Notes under the pieces: generated by a model | Told to the model about the DNA's origin: nothing | Database searches by the model: none | Seen by the model: the letters and a program-made list of their open reading frames with translations, nothing else | Shown here: positions 1 through 14,120 of the stretch, piece after piece | Layout of the letters: each line of letters starts with the position of its first letter | Position numbering within the stretch: the first letter of the stretch is position 1 | Source: Atractiella rhizophila | Lineage: Eukaryota | Direction of reading: 5' to 3' | NCBI GenBank assembly: GCA_021432655.1 | Contig: MU271269.1 | Coordinates: forward strand, 1 to 64,000 | Length of the DNA stretch: 64,000 bases | Made by a program: the position numbers and the translations under genes

Positions 1-2800
1 GACTTAAACGTCTCCCAGACCGTGTCCGAAGAAGCAGGGAAGAGGGGAACTGGCGCGGCTGCGATCTTCATCTCCCGAAATCGATTGGCCGTCTTTGACA
101 AAAACAGCCAGAACATCGAGATTCGCGACCTCGCCAATTCGCTCACTAAGACTCTGAAGTGCCCCGTTCCTGGAGTGACGGATATTTTCTGGGGAGGAGC
201 TTCCGCGGCGGGAGGTGGCGGAATGATCCTCATGGCTAGTCCAGCTGCGATCATTTTGTTTGATGTTGGTCAGAATAAAGTCGTAGCTGAGATGCAGACG
301 CCACCTATCAAGTATGCGATTTGGAATGCGGAGGGAAGCATGCTTGCTGTCCTGAGCAAACACAGTACGTCCTTTTGCTTTCTTATTTCTTCGAACCTGA
401 TGTCTATACCTTGTCTGTTAGCGATTATCATTACGAACAAAACGTTGTCGACTAGCAAGTGGATTCATGAGACGATTAGAATTAAGTCTGGCGCATGGGA
501 CGATAGTGGAGTCTTTGTTTACTCCACGCTCAACCACATCAAATACGCGCTTCCAGAAGGGTACGGTTTCTCATTTCTTCACTTTCTCCTTTCTCAAACC
601 TGCGTGCTTTCACAGAGACAGTGGAATTATCAAGACCCTTGAGCAACCTGTCTACCTCACGAGAGTAAAAGGCAAACTGATCCATTGCCTCGATCGAAAC
701 GCGAAACCGAAGACCATACCTATCGATCCTACCGAGTACAGATTCAAACTCGCGCTTGTGAGGAGAAATTACGACGAAGTCTTGCACATTATTCGTACTT
801 CCAACCTTGTAGGACAAAGCATTATCGCGTACCTCCAGAAGAAGGGCTATCCCGAGATCGCTCTCCATTTCGTTCAGGATAAATCGACCAGGTTTGACCT
901 TGCGATCGAGTGTGGAAACTTGGAGGTCGCCCTTGAAATGGCAAAGGCGATTGATAAGGAAGAGGCGTGGACTAGGTTGGGCCAACAAGCCCTCAAGCAG
1001 GGGAATCACAAGGTGTGACACGTTCTCACATCTTTACAAGGCCAAACTCACGTCACTTCAATCCAGATTGTCGAGGTTGCTTATCAACGGACCAAGAATT
1101 TCGACAGGCTGTCGTTCCTCTACCTCATCACAGGCAACTCAGAGAAGCTCGGGAAAATGGCAAAGATTGCCGAGATGCGAGGTGACAACATGTCGAGGTT
1201 CCATAATGCTCTCTACCTCGGGAATGCCGCTGCTCGCGTCAGCGTCCTGAAGGACGTGGGAATGTGTCAGTGTTATCTGCCTGATGGAACAGAACCATCA
1301 CTGACGCTTGAGATTTAGACCCCCTCGCTTATATCACCGCTCGAACCAACGGCCTCGACGATCTTGCTCAAGAAGTTCTTGAAGCTGCTGGACTTACAGC
1401 TGAAGAGGTTGAAGAATTTCTTCCCAATCTACCTTCGTCAAAACTGAAGCGTCCCACGCCTGTCGCTCCTACCTACGAACGCAACTGGCCAACAGTCGGA
1501 GGTGGCGAGAGCTACTTCGACAAAGCTCTTACCTCAGCCGTTACGGAGCCTGCAGGGTATTCCGGTGGATTCACAGACAGCGCAGGTGCTGGCGCCGCAG
1601 AGCTTGACGAGTGGGCTGAAGATGACTTGGCTGCTGGCGATGGCGCACTTGCTGCCGAAGAGGCGGAGGAGGCATGGGACCTTGGAGCGGATGTGGGAGA
1701 GCCGGAGGCGTTTGTGGACGCCGTTACAGGGGATCAAGCAGAAGAGGGAGCTGTCGACGTCTCCGGTGGCGTCAACGAGGTCGATCTATGGGTTAGGAAT
1801 TCGCCTCTTGCTGCTGACCACGTTGCTGCTGGATCTTTTGACACTGCCATGCAACTTCTCAGTCGACAAGTCGGCGCCGTCGAATTCGAACCTCTCAAAT
1901 CTCTCTTCCTCTCTACCTATCGCTCAACGAAAATGTACCTCCCTGCTTCAGCTTCGTTACCACCGATACCGATTCACTTGAGGAGGAACCCTGAGAACAA
2001 CGATCCCCGAAGCATTCTCCCTGTCCAGGTTCACACTTTACAGAGTATCACATCGGGAGACCTCAAGACTGCATACAGCGAATTCATCAATGCTCACTTC
2101 TCAGAGAGTCGAGAAATGTTCAGAAAGATTCTGTGGACATTATTACTCGTCGTTACATCCTCTCCAAAGGAACATGAAGAGGTAAGACATCATCCTGTTA
2201 GCCTCATCTAAACACTGACAATCATTCCACAGCTCCAAAAACTCGTTATTCTCTGTCGAGAGTATATCATTGCCCTCTCCACCGAAATCGAGCGTCGTCG
2301 CCTAGCTGCCGCGCAAGAGGATCAAAAGCGGCAGCTTGAGCTCGCAGCATACTTCACACACTGCCAATTGCAACCTCCCCATCTCACGCTGGCATTGCGA
2401 TTAGCTATGTCTGAGTTTTCGAAGGCGAAGAATTACCCTACAGCGGCGACATTCGCCCAGAAGCTGCTCGACCTGAAACCAAACCAAAAAGTGGTTGACA
2501 CCGTAAGAGCTGCTTCTACTCACTTCTGAACATTGATGACGATTGATACTTTGGCAGTGTAACCAAGTGTTGAGACATGCCACAAGAAACCCTCGAGACA
2601 CCATCGCTCTGGATTACGATCAGTTTGTCAGTTTTGACATTTGTCCAGCATCCCTTACTCCGATCTATGCCGGTTCTCCCTCAGTCGATGAGCCGCTTAC
2701 CGGGGCACGATATCACCCACAGTATGCTGGCTCGGTTTGCAAAGTGACACTGATCACAGAGGTTGGGCGAAAAGTCAGTGGGTTACGAAGTACTGTATAG
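1..2800 (+). CDS. COP1: Coatomer subunit alpha (COPI), 5'-truncated by window edge, multi-exon
   Basis: Spliced ORFs give alpha-COP motifs: [78 protein letters not shown] introns at about 365-421, 562-614, 1014-1066, 1266-1318, 2182-2232 and 2503-2557. Stop TAG 2798-2800. Confidence 0.97.
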
Positions 2801-2908
2801 ATTGTTTTGGCTGGTACATACGATGCAGTGGTAATGGACAAAATGACAAGGAAATGATGCGGTTGCACAATAACAATACTTGGATCCCAGATCCTGGAGA
2901 GTCTGCCA

Positions 2909-3311
2909 TCACGATTGAAACGTGTCTTTTTCACTTCCATCAGCCACTTGTAGCACCTCGGACGGCGTCCAGTCCTGTTGTTCTTCGGTGGGTTCTCCAA
3001 ACCTATATCAAACAAAATGTTCTACAATATCCAACTGAACCCTCGATAGCTTACCAGAATCGAATCCTTCTGCCTAGTAATAGCTTCGAAGTTTCTACCA
3101 ACCTCTCGTCCACTCCCCTTGAGCTAGGAGCCAACCCTCCGGATAATCGAATCTCTCCCCAGCTTGTGACTTGTCGAAATCGACGATCATGAATAACTGA
3201 TAAGAAAATGTCCAGTGTCAGAGGCATGATCGGGTGGATAATAATGCTTGTCATATCAAATGATGTGATGGAGTCGAGTATGGTGACATAGTTGAAATAG
3301 TCCTCTCGTTT
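2909..3311 (-). CDS. 3' end of a hypothetical protein running into the assembly gap
   Basis: Open frame KREDYFNYV...RRIRFW, a gtaagc...tag intron (~3003-3054), then last exon FGEPTEEQQDWTPSEV...TFQS*. Confidence 0.45.
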
Positions 3312-3952
3312 NNNNNNNNNNNNNNNNNNNNNNNNNNNNNNNNNNNNNNNNNNNNNNNNNNNNNNNNNNNNNNNNNNNNNNNNNNNNNNNNNNNNNNNNN
3401 NNNNNNNNNNNNNNNNNNNNNNNNNNNNNNNNNNNNNNNNNNNNNNNNNNNNNNNNNNNNNNNNNNNNNNNNNNNNNNNNNNNNNNNNNNNNNNNNNNNN
3501 NNNNNNNNNNNNNNNNNNNNNNNNNNNNNNNNNNNNNNNNNNNNNNNNNNNNNNNNNNNNNNNNNNNNNNNNNNNNNNNNNNNNNNNNNNNNNNNNNNNN
3601 NNNNNNNNNNNNNNNNNNNNNNNNNNNNNNNNNNNNNNNNNNNNNNNNNNNNNNNNNNNNNNNNNNNNNNNNNNNNNNNNNNNNNNNNNNNNNNNNNNNN
3701 NNNNNNNNNNNNNNNNNNNNNNNNNNNNNNNNNNNNNNNNNNNNNNNNNNNNNNNNNNNNNNNNNNNNNNNNNNNNNNNNNNNNNNNNNNNNNNNNNNNN
3801 NNNNNNNNNNNNNNNNNNNNNNNNNNNNNNNNNNNNNNNNNNNNNNNNNNNNNNNNNNNNNNNNNNNNNNNNNNNNNNNNNNNNNNNNNNNNNNNNNNNN
3901 NNNNNNNNNNNNNNNNNNNNNNNNNNNNNNNNNNNNNNNNNNNNNNNNNNNN
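3312..3952. other. Assembly gap (N run)
   Basis: Run of N characters. Confidence 1.
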
Positions 3953-6604
3953 NCGGCCGTACCAGTTTCAACCCTATTGCATAACCTAGAAGCTCTATGG
4001 TAAGCCTACAGCATCTCGTTTACGTTCCTTAAAAGTATAGGAGCCACAATGACAGCCTTCTCCCCCTAGTCTTCTCTGTAGTCCCAGGTAGTACAGGTAC
4101 TGGATGGGAACTGTTCCACGACAACAGCACGGGGGGCCGCAACCCTAATCGTTGCTCAAGTTTCCAACCTTAGGAAAGGGTTCCAGAGAGGTACTCTAGC
4201 AGAACTGGCACGGCACGCTCGGGCTCCTTAGGGCGAAAACAGTAGGAGGGAGAAGCAAGAGTCTTGTTTCGACAAAGGGAGATTTTATGAAAGTTCAACC
4301 AGGTAAAACGACGGTTCGGCTGCTCAGGGGAGGCTAAGACACTTTGGTTTGCTTAACTTTGCTTGGGGAAACTTAAGAAACTTCGGCTGCTCCTCTGGAG
4401 GCTCTCCTGCTACTAAGGAAGTTGAAACGTCCGCTTAAAGGGAGGGCTTGACCTCTTCAAAAAGTGAAACCGGTGAAGAAACCGTGCCTTCCTCTATTTC
4501 CTCGCACCAGGCTCTCTTGGTTTTATAGGAGTGTCGGTCACTCACAGAGAGCCCTTGGGAACCGTTAACGAAAAGACAACGCATAAGGTCGTATAAGTGA
4601 AGAGGATAAGTGAACACGGCACCCAGAATAGTATCGCCGATTCTAGAGACGCTGCAAAAGCAGCCGTACGAGTGCAGTTGAAGCCAAAATTTCTAAAAAA
4701 ATTGCGTCGAACGTGGAACTAGTTATAAATTTTAACAGGTATTAACGAAAAGGCGGCCAATGAGAGTAATGCAATCTGCTGGAATCGCCGACGGGGCCCT
4801 CGAAACGAAAGAAATTCTCTTGCCTCGATGACACAATGAGACTCGCCGTTACAAATGGGCGATACTAAGCTGTTTGCGGTATAGCAATTGTGAACGGTTA
4901 ACGCGACATGACACTTTGCCGACCTGTTTACTGCTTGGTTGAGGAAAAGCCAACTACGGTCAAGAGTCGCTGTAAGAGGTAGTAGAAACAATAAGTCTTT
5001 CGGAACTTCTAGAGACCGGTCTAGCACAGCCGTTGCACCATTTAGACTGACTCTCTGATACAGACCTCTACTGTCGTTTGATTACGCAATGCTAGGGAAG
5101 GACGAGTAAATAGGGTACCCTATGTGAGGACGGCTAGACTTGTTAGAGGCTTTGACGCGCTCTCAGACGACCCGAACCTTCGTACTTCAGTGGGGAGAAA
5201 GACACCTCCCCTGACGGTCAGCGGACGGTCCCCTAATTTCGGAACACTTCAATAGTCCTACGAACTAGTAGCCGGTCTTTTTTTCACCGAAGCTCTCTAG
5301 CTCAAAGCTGAGTCGCGGCAGCAGGAGCTTTCAGCTGTCAAGAATGCGAACGGCGGTTCACATCGCAACCTTGGACCCACCACAGAAGGAGACCATTGAA
5401 AGTCACCTGTATTGAAAATAGACCGCGACACCAACTTTGACAAATGCTCTGTAGCAGATCCTGCCCAGAAATGGAAATTTGGGAAGAGAAAGAAGAAACA
5501 GGGTCACTTGCCGCTTGTTCCCAGTAATTTTCTTCCTTAGGAAAAGCCGTGGAATGTAGAATCGGACAAGATGAACTTTTTACGCTAAAGTACCGTCTAC
5601 ATTGAGAACATTAGGACACTGTCGAGACGTCTTGTTGATACCACGCAGAGATTTGAAGATGGAAGGAATGGAATATCATTGTCTTGTAGGATTTTCTTCC
5701 TCGAACCGACGCATTCCCTCCTCTCTCATTCGATTCGATTCGCCGAAAAGGAAGAAATGAATAATCCTCACCACGTTGTCTTTGATTAAAACCCTTTTTT
5801 AGGATCTCAAAAGTCCCCAAGTTGCACGAAAAGAAATCGTTACTACATCGACTAAATGTCATCGTCATCATGACACACATCGCCAGGTACTTTCTTGAAA
5901 ATGTGGCCTTGAATCAAACATTATTACACCAATGTCATGCCCATGCCTCGGTCCGTTTGAGAATGCGTGTGCCAATAACGTACAACTTGGAATAAAATTC
6001 TGTTTAGGATGTGACCAATGCTGGGGTGCAAAACAGAACCATAGCATGAGGAACTCGATGAAGAGTAATAGGGAGAAGAGCTCTTCGAATCGTGTCAAGC
6101 AAGCAAAAAGTCAAGATTGCACACTTAATATCGCAGATTCGCAATCGCTTCGGGCGTCCTCAATAGCGTTCTCTATGAGCACGTTCTATCCAAACACCGC
6201 GCAACGCCGCCGATTGTGTCCAGCCCTGCAGACTATTGCAAGGACACGGGCAAGGCTTCGGAAGAGCTAACATCTCACAGCAAGTGCAAGCTTGCATGCT
6301 AGAGTGTATCACGGGACGGGCTAGGATGGGCGCTCACATAAATGCAAAGGCACCGTGCGCTGAGCTCTAATTGGTAAAATTGTGAAGCTCACCTGTCTGA
6401 TCCATCATCATCACGACGTCTATCAGTGGCATATCCCTGCCTCTCGTCCATTGCCTTACAGTTTACGGTCGTCGTTTGTGTAGAGATAAGGTTGTCGCTT
6501 CCGCTCAGCTGAATCCCATTTCACGACCTTCTCTTGCATTCTCGCTCTGCCACATTTACTTGCCCAACTTCATCATACCCATCAACCATCCCAACACCCT
6601 CAAA

Positions 6605-8815
6605 ATGGGATCCTCGTCCCTCGACTCAGCTACGTCATCCTCATCTGCCCACTCCACCTCATCCGTCGAAGCACTCCCCATGCGAGGTCCATCCCTTTCC
6701 TCCCCAGGTGTTTCTCCCTTGCCCTCGCCCAAACCATTGTCTCCGGCCTTACAACCATCCAAGAACTTCACATTTCCGTTATCCCCACAGTCGTCGAACG
6801 ATACCCAGCGAGAGTTTCACAGCGTCGTGCATGAGGCAGCGAGGAGAGGCGATAGGGGGAGCACGAGCACGGCTGCGACGGAGGTGACGAGTTCGAGTAT
6901 CCCGCCGCTGAAGAAATTGATTGAGGAGGAAACGGCGGGAGGAGGCACGAGGGAAGGTGTAGGACTGGGCATCGCTGGCATGGGCACGCCGAGACCTCCG
7001 AGCTATGCGAGGACGAATTCGAGCAGCAGTGTGAATGGAGCGGTGAAGAAGAGTAAGAAGGATTTCGAGATTGGAGAAGTCATTGGTGAGGGTAGTTATT
7101 CCGAGGTATGCTCTTTTTCCTTCATTCTATCTTTGGGATTCGTGTTGAGAGCCAAATGATGAAAGGTGTACGAAGTGAAGGACCTTACTCCTCCACATCG
7201 GATGTACGCTCTCAAAGTGTTAAACAAGAGACACATAACTCGAGAGAAGAAGATCCAATACGTTCACGTGGAAAAGAACGCTCTCACTCGACTACACAAG
7301 CATCCCGGCGTCGTCCGTCTCTTCTGGACCTTTCACGACGTCGATTCTCTCTGTCCGTCTCCCCCCCTTCTGCCTCTCATCTGCTAACATCTACGGACAA
7401 TAGATTTCGTGCTCGAGCTAGCCTCGAACGGTGAGATCCTGCACCACCTCCGCTCCCACGGCTCCTTCTCCCTCCCCACCTCCCAATACTACGCCGCCCA
7501 AATAGTCGACGCCCTCTCCTGGATCCACGACCACGGAGTCATCCATCGGGACCTCAAACCGGAAAACATCCTTCTGGATGCGGAGTGGAGAATCAAAATA
7601 ACAGATTTTGGCACGGCAAAGGTTCTCACGGACGGAGCGGGAGGAACGCCTGGGAGTAGGGGGAGCGGAAGTACGGGTGGGAAGGGAGAGGAGGAGGAGG
7701 AGAGAGCGAATAGTTTTGTGGGCACGGCCGAATATGTTAGTCCGGAACTGTTGACCAGTAAGACGGCATATAAATCGTGCGTCCCATCCAACCCTTCTTC
7801 TTTCTTCTTCAGATTGGTGGCTGATATTGAGGTCGCCAGCTCCGATTGCTGGGCACTCGGATGCATCATCTACCAATTCTTAGCCGGTCGTCCACCCTTC
7901 AAAGCCGCTTCCGAATACCTAACCTTTCAAAAGATCATCGCCTGCGACTATACCTTCCCAACCGAGTTCCCATCCGTCCCACGGGATTTGGTCGAGAAAT
8001 TGCTCGTGCTGGATTACAAGAAGAGGTTGAACGTGAGAGAGGTCAAGGAACATGAATTCTTTGACGGTTTTGATTGGGAGACGTTGTGGACGAGAGAACC
8101 GCAGAAGATGGAAACAGGCTTCGTATTGCCGGTTAAGAGGGAGGAGAGGAGGTGGAGCGAGGTGGAGTTTGGGAGTTTGGAAGGAGAGGGAGATGATTCG
8201 GGGTTTTCGGTGGATGGGGCGAATGGAGTGGAGGGAGTTATGAATGGAGTCGAAGGCGTGCATGTGCACGGAGGGGATGAGGTGGATCGTGCGGTGGAGG
8301 AAGGACAAGGGGCGAAGGCAAAGGGAAAATGGTCCGATCTCCTAAAGGAGGGAGAACTCATCACGTTCTCATCTGGCGTGAGGGAGAAGTCAAAGTTTCC
8401 CTTGCTACCCGCTAAACCTCGCACTCTCATCCTCACCAATCGCAAGCGGCTACTCGCCGTGAGGGAGGGCGAAGAAGTGGAGGTCAAACTAGACGTCTCT
8501 CTCGCTCCTACACCCTCAGTCCCCCTTGAACTCTCGAATGGCAACACCAACACCTCAAATCCTACCTCCAATTCTACGAAGAATGGACCTTCTATCCTCT
8601 CAAGGACGAGGTCGCAGTCGTGGGGTAAAGCGAGGGGTAAAGCGTTGCCGAATGTTGTTGGGACAGAGGAAGGATCGGTCTTGAAAGCTGTGAGGACGGA
8701 GGGGAAGAAGGTGTTAGTGCTCGAGTTGGGGAATGGGGCGATTGTCAAGTTCGAGGAGAGGATGGAGGCAGCGGAGAGGTGGAAGGAGGAGATCGAGGCT
8801 GCGTGGAGGCGGTAA
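6605..8815 (+). CDS. PKH1: PDK1/Pkh/Ksg1-family AGC Ser/Thr kinase with C-terminal PH-like domain
   Basis: Motifs GEGSYS, HITREKKIQYVHVEKNAL, HRDLKPENILL, ITDFGTAK, RANSFVGTAEYVSPE, PPFKAASEYLTFQKI, and PH-like RTLILTNRKRL. Introns 7106-7165, 7353-7403 and 7777-7839. Confidence 0.93.
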
Positions 8816-9324
8816 CGACTTGCCATCTTCTTGTGATGGAGGGACAGCACGAGGGAAGGGGAGGAGGGAGAGGAGGAGTATCACGCATTCGTCATAACCA
8901 GCAATCGCACACGAACGATCGAACGATCAAATCACATCAACCACCAACCAACCAGCCAACCAAACAATTCGAATTCGAATCCAAGAAACGACCTCTGCTT
9001 ATACCATACAAGTGACTTCGCAAATCTAGCAATAGGACGCTCAAACGCTTCATCCAAGAGTTCTTGATCAGATCAGTACATTTTTGGGTTTCGAGAGACT
9101 ACTACAGCAGTGCTCGTTGCAAAGTGATAGTGTACTCGGTACTAATCATTTATTCAATGTCATGATAGTGTATTTATTGGTCTCCTGCCACCCCAGCCAT
9201 CTGCAAAGCTCACAGAAATCCATTTAAGACAAAATGATAGGTCGCTTGAGCTGACCGTGACGGGACGCGTCGCTCAAGCGTGAAAAAGTAAAGAAACTTT
9301 GACACAAGATCAAACGACGACGTG

Positions 9325-10205
9325 ATGCTTGCCGAAGACGTAGACGACTTTGATTTCCCACTCGAAGCTGCCTCCCCAGCTGCAACTCAGATTGCTGCCC
9401 AACCCTCTCCTTCGCGGCCATCTCAAATCTCGAAGGACTCCTTCAAAACGCAAGTCTGTCCATTTCGATCTGTCCAAGTCTTTCAAGTCAATAGCTATTC
9501 TAAGGCGGATATGCAGATGGATAACCGTCTATCCCATCTATTTCGACCTTAAACGTCCTCATAAGAAGGGTCAAAGGAGGGTACCGAACGAGAAAGCGGT
9601 CATTTATCCATTGGCACAGGATATCGCCAATGCTGCCTCACGGTTAGGATTTCGAGTGGTGCTCGAGGTATGGCTCTTTATTTATCTCTTGACTCTGCAT
9701 TGGGAAGCGTGAAGTGTTGAAATTTTTGTGCTGGGATGAACATGAAGGCGGATAAGACCCATCCTGCCGACTGGGCGAATCCTGGACGTGTGAGGATAAT
9801 GCTGAAGAATGAGACGACAGGAAAGCCGACAAATCCTCGAATACCCAACCGTCCGTCTCAAATCTCATATTCTCCCGTGTACATTTTTTAAGGGAAGAGG
9901 GCGGAATAGGTTCTCAACTCCTCCTTCGGATAGCTCCCATCCTCCAAGACACAGCTGCGATTCCGACGCCGAAAGTGCAACCTGGAGAGGAGGTGTTTAC
10001 GGATGAGTTGAAGAAACAGATGAGCGAGCTACCGATCGAGAAGAAACTCCCTCGGCATAGTCCTGCAGGTACGCCGTTCCCCAAAAACGGTTTGAATCGT
10101 GAACTTCTGAGCGTGATAACAGTTTCCACCGGTTTCATTGATCGGATGATGGGATTTGGAGGGAGAAAGGTGGGAAGGAGGAGAAAGGGAAGGGCACTAA
10201 GGTGA
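9325..10205 (+). CDS. SEC65: Signal recognition particle subunit SRP19/Sec65
   Basis: WITVYPIYFD...GQRRVP...AV, DKTHPADWANPGRVRIML. GC-AG intron 9450-9516; further introns 9668-9747 and 9851-9909. C-terminal exon boundary less certain. Confidence 0.9.
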
Positions 10206-11074
10206 AGGGATAGAGTGTAAGGTGTGTATCCTCTCCAGGAAATCAGGACATTGTACCATCAGCTCAGCACAAGCTAGCAAAGTGGGGCACAATTGGGTTA
10301 TTCCGCCATTCAAGTGAAGAATTGCTCAGAACTGGACAATAAAATTGTTTGTCTATCGTCGTGATGAAACGATACAGGACTGAGAGAGTGCAAGTTGGAT
10401 GTCCACAACGGATCTGGCAAGCCTTTCTGCTAAAGCTCCTGCCCCAAACGGTGAAATCGAACCGCTGGACCAGGGCATTCATCCAGCTGTAATGATGGCA
10501 CTTTACTCAAAAGATTTCATTAGCCCGTAATAAAAATGGGATATCTCTTATCGATGACCCAGCTCCCTGGCTGTCTCTGTAGTGCATTTCTGATTAAACG
10601 GTCCTATTGCTTGTTTAGGCTTGCCTCATGATCAAAATAAAGCACCAATTGGTGCATCAAAGATTTTTCCAAATTGACGAATGGAGATGCAACAGGCCGC
10701 AGATATAAAACGTAATAGTCGAGGAATTGCTGACATTATACACGCCATGCGGCAAAAAAACTTCCTTTGACTTCCCTGACTCTGAATACGGGCCAACATC
10801 GGTGATAGCAACTGCAGAAGCTGAGACGACCTTGCGTAAGCTGGATACATTTCGCTGTCGTTATCAGACCTTCAGACCTTTGACCGACACTGTAACCGAA
10901 ACCTGCAGGCTGTACATCAAGGGCAACACGGAACGGAGGGACAGGAGGAACAGCTAGCAGAACCTAAACAGTTGGACATGATGTCGACGGGGCATCATAA
11001 AAGTGGATGATCCTGTTTCAAGTTTCCCCATCGATTGGGGTAAAACTTGGACCTCGTCGCAACAGTAAAATATC

Positions 11075-12272
11075 ATGGCGAGCAGTAGAATCAGCGTCGT
11101 GACTGGCGCTTCTCGCGGTTTAGGTGTACATGTCTCCGCTCTCCTTCACAAAGAAAAATGGTGCTGATAGATGGATACAGCTCGAGTTCGTGACGCAGTT
11201 GTCTATAAACCCTTCCAACCTCGTTTTCGCACTGGCGCGCAACCCCGGTTCTGCTCCGAAACTGCAAGGGCTGGCCCAGAGCAGGCAAAATGTCATTTTG
11301 GTGAAGGCAGACACGATTGATGATGAAGTATGCGAACTGCCTTCGTAGAGGTAAGGGACCGAGTTGGAGAGAAGGGAATTGACGTCCTCATCGCTAAGTG
11401 CGTTTCTATCTCATCCATGCCCAGTGATCATAGGATCTTGTACTCTTAGCGCAGGGATTGCCACCGCTCGTGGTGAGGTGAGGGACATAGAGCAATTGTG
11501 GGAAGAATCATTCAGCACTCGCCCATATGACGATTTCACCGAACTGGTGAGTTGTGGCCTTCATCCAGTCCCGAAACAATCCCTGATTACGGCAACAGTT
11601 TAATGTCAACGTTGTAGGCAGCATCAGAACAGTCAACACCTTTCTTCCACTGGTCAAGAAAGGAAATGAGAAGAAGATTATCATGGTTTCTTCTGTTTCA
11701 GGCTCTCTCAGCGTCAATAGTATAGACAACCCTTTCGACCGTAACGGGAACGGATTTGTAGGACCTTATTGCGGTTAGCCTCTGCTTGCTTGTCGCATGT
11801 CAAAGCGCTAATGAACGCATCCAGTGTCAAAAGCGGGTGAGAAACTTTATTTTCTGAGAGCAACTCGATTGAATGTAATTGCAGCTCTCAATATGGCGGC
11901 TAGAAAGTACGCTGTCGAATTTCACAAAGATGGAATTATCGTGATAGCGATCCAGCCGGTTCGCTACCTGTTCTTCTCATTGTTGTTGACTTATCTTCTC
12001 TTTCGGATCAGGGGTACATAAAAACGGACCTGTAGGTGTCATTGCTGCAAATATGGTTTACTGCAAAAGGTGACCTCAGCGACGACTAGGCCAGGTACTA
12101 ATGCGGTATGTTTCTCTGTTGGCAAGATCACAGGGTGTTTGACGTTGTTTACTAGGCATCTCTGGAGGCACCAGAAGCAATAAAGAAGGCCGTCAACAGG
12201 CTGGATTCGCTCTTATTGAGTGATTCAGGACGGTTTATTAATATGCAGGAGGACAAGGATATTCCATTCTGA
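11075..12272 (+). CDS. Short-chain dehydrogenase/reductase (C-factor/sniffer-like), many small exons
   Basis: N-terminal VVTGASRGLG, ALARNP, FLPLVKKGNEKKIIMVSS, Y-x3-K (PYC|VSKA split by introns), ALNMAARKYAVEF, IQPGYIKTD, C-terminal GRFINMQEDKDIPF*. Confidence 0.88.
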
Positions 12273-12869
12273 GAGTGGGCACAGATGCGATCCAAATGCA
12301 CGTCCTGTCATAGTGTAAAACTAGGGCCTTGAGCTGTCATAAATGTCAATCTACTTGTTCCAACTTCCAAGTCAAGTCTCGCAGGGGAACGCTTGCCTTG
12401 ACAACGTAAAAGCGGGAAAGTCCTTCGCAACGGTTTGAGACACTTAGAGGCGTTTGGTAGCTATAGATGTCATGGCTACAACCTGATACAGCCATGTAAA
12501 CTTGTAAAGCGACTAGTGAGTGACTGTGCGAGCAAGACGTCACGTGGATGCGATAAAGAACCCCGCATTTTTACCCCGGAATTTAAGGTCAGCATCAAAA
12601 TCTTGTAGGGTTAGGGCTGTGGCAAACCCTTAAATCCCGCGTCGAATTTTTCACGTTCCTCATCCGCTCTTCCTCTTTTCAGTTTCTCGCCACTCTGTTC
12701 TTTCCCTTCAGGCATACATAGAGCCTTAGACTGCAGTTAGAATTCTTTCCAACGGCTTCCCCATAGATTTTAACAGAGTTTTTCAAGATTTCAAGCCAAA
12801 CTAATAACAGTGAGTCCTTTCGATTTTCCCCATTGTTGGAGCGGTGAAGTAATTGTTGTGGGAAAAGAA

Positions 12870-13253
12870 ATGGTCGCTGCCACCGCTGCCGCTCCCGTTG
12901 AGGCTGTCAAGTCTACGATTGAATCCCTAAAAGCCCAAGTTCAGGGCACCCCTGATTCCGCCACCGCTACTTTCGACTTCACTCCGGCGATCGCCACGGG
13001 AGATAACGTCGATGCTCTCATCGCTACCCTCAAGACCGATGGAGTGAAAGTTTTGGAGGCGAATGGGTTTTCTGCGGCTCTCGAGAAGGCTCTTACCGAT
13101 AAGAAGAACAACGCTGTTCGTGAAGGAGCTTGCTCCCTCATCTCGACCCTCTGCGAAAAAGGCGTCGGCCATTACGTCGAACCCTACCTCTTCCCTACCG
13201 TCTTCAACCTCATCATCGAATCCTTCGCTGACAAGATCGCCACCGTCAAAGCT
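12870..13253 (+). pseudogene. Truncated 5' duplicate of eEF3
   Basis: Near-identical to 14335-14718 (one synonymous SNP seen), then runs into the duplicated SDR intron. Confidence 0.85.
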
Positions 13254-13737
13254 TATTGTTGCATGTCAAAGCGCTAATGAACGCATCCAGTGTCGAAAGC
13301 TGGTAAGAAAGTTAATTTCCTGAGAGCAACTCCATTGACGTCATGGCAGCTCTCAACATGGCGGCTAGAAAGTACGCTGTCGAATTCCACAAAGATGGAA
13401 TTATCGTGATAGCGATCCAGCCGGTTCGCTACGTCTTCTTCTCATTGTTGTTGACTTATCTTCTCTTTCGGATCAGGGGTACATAAAAACGGACCTGTAG
13501 GTGTCATTGCTGCAAATATGGTTTACTGCAAAAGGTGACCTCAGCGACGACTAGGCCAGGTACTAATGCGGTATGTTTCTCTGTTGGTAAGATCACAGGG
13601 TGTTTGACGTTGTTTACTAGGCATCTCTGGAGGCACCAGAAGCAATAGAAAAGGTCGTCAACAGGCTGGATTCGCTCTCATTGAGTGATTCGGGACGGTT
13701 TATTAATATGCAGGAGGACAAGGATATTCCATTCTGA
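13254..13737 (+). pseudogene. 3' duplicate fragment of the SDR gene (allele-like SNPs)
   Basis: Matches ~11790-12272 with substitutions; no 5' half. Confidence 0.85.
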
Positions 13738-14070
13738 AAGAGTGGTACAGACGCTATCCCAATGCACGTCCTGTCATAGTGTAAAACTAGGGCCTTGAGC
13801 TGTCATAAATGTCAATCTGCTTGTTCCAACTTCCAAGTCAAGTCTCGCAGGGAACGCTTGCCTTGACAACGTAAAAGCGGGAAAGTCCTTCGCAACGGTT
13901 TGAGACACTTAGAGGTGTTTGGTAGCTATAGATGTCATGGTTACAACCTGATACAGCCATGTAAACTTGTAAAGCAACTAGTGAGTGACTGTGCGAGCAA
14001 GACGTCACGTGGATGCGATAAAGAACCCCGCATTTTTACCCCGGAATTTAAGGTCAGCATCAAAATCTTG

Positions 14071-14120
14071 TAGGGTTAGGGCTGTGGCAAACCCTTAAAT
14101 CCCGCGTCGAATTTTTCACG
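14071..14120. promoter_or_regulatory. eEF3 promoter: telobox-like TAGGGTTAGGG/AAACCCT and RRPE-like TGAAAAATT (minus strand)
   Basis: tagggttagggctgtggcaaaccct...gaatttttca lies upstream of a pyrimidine tract and a probable 5'UTR intron (14275-14332). Same sequence at 12606-12655. Confidence 0.35.

Noticed and set aside
3051..3971. 306-aa ORF in the track
   Set aside because: Mostly N gap; only the 3' ~85 codons are real sequence.
6190..6250. CRAGHNRRRC zinc-knuckle-like peptide on the minus strand
   Set aside because: Lacks the first Cys of a CCHC knuckle and is not in a sustained ORF.
8014..8850. 278-aa antisense ORF (and similar antisense ORFs over COP1 and eEF3)
   Set aside because: Shadow frames of well-supported genes on the opposite strand.
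8935..8965. CCAA-type microsatellite downstream of the kinase
   Set aside because: Short, imperfect simple repeat with no further structure.
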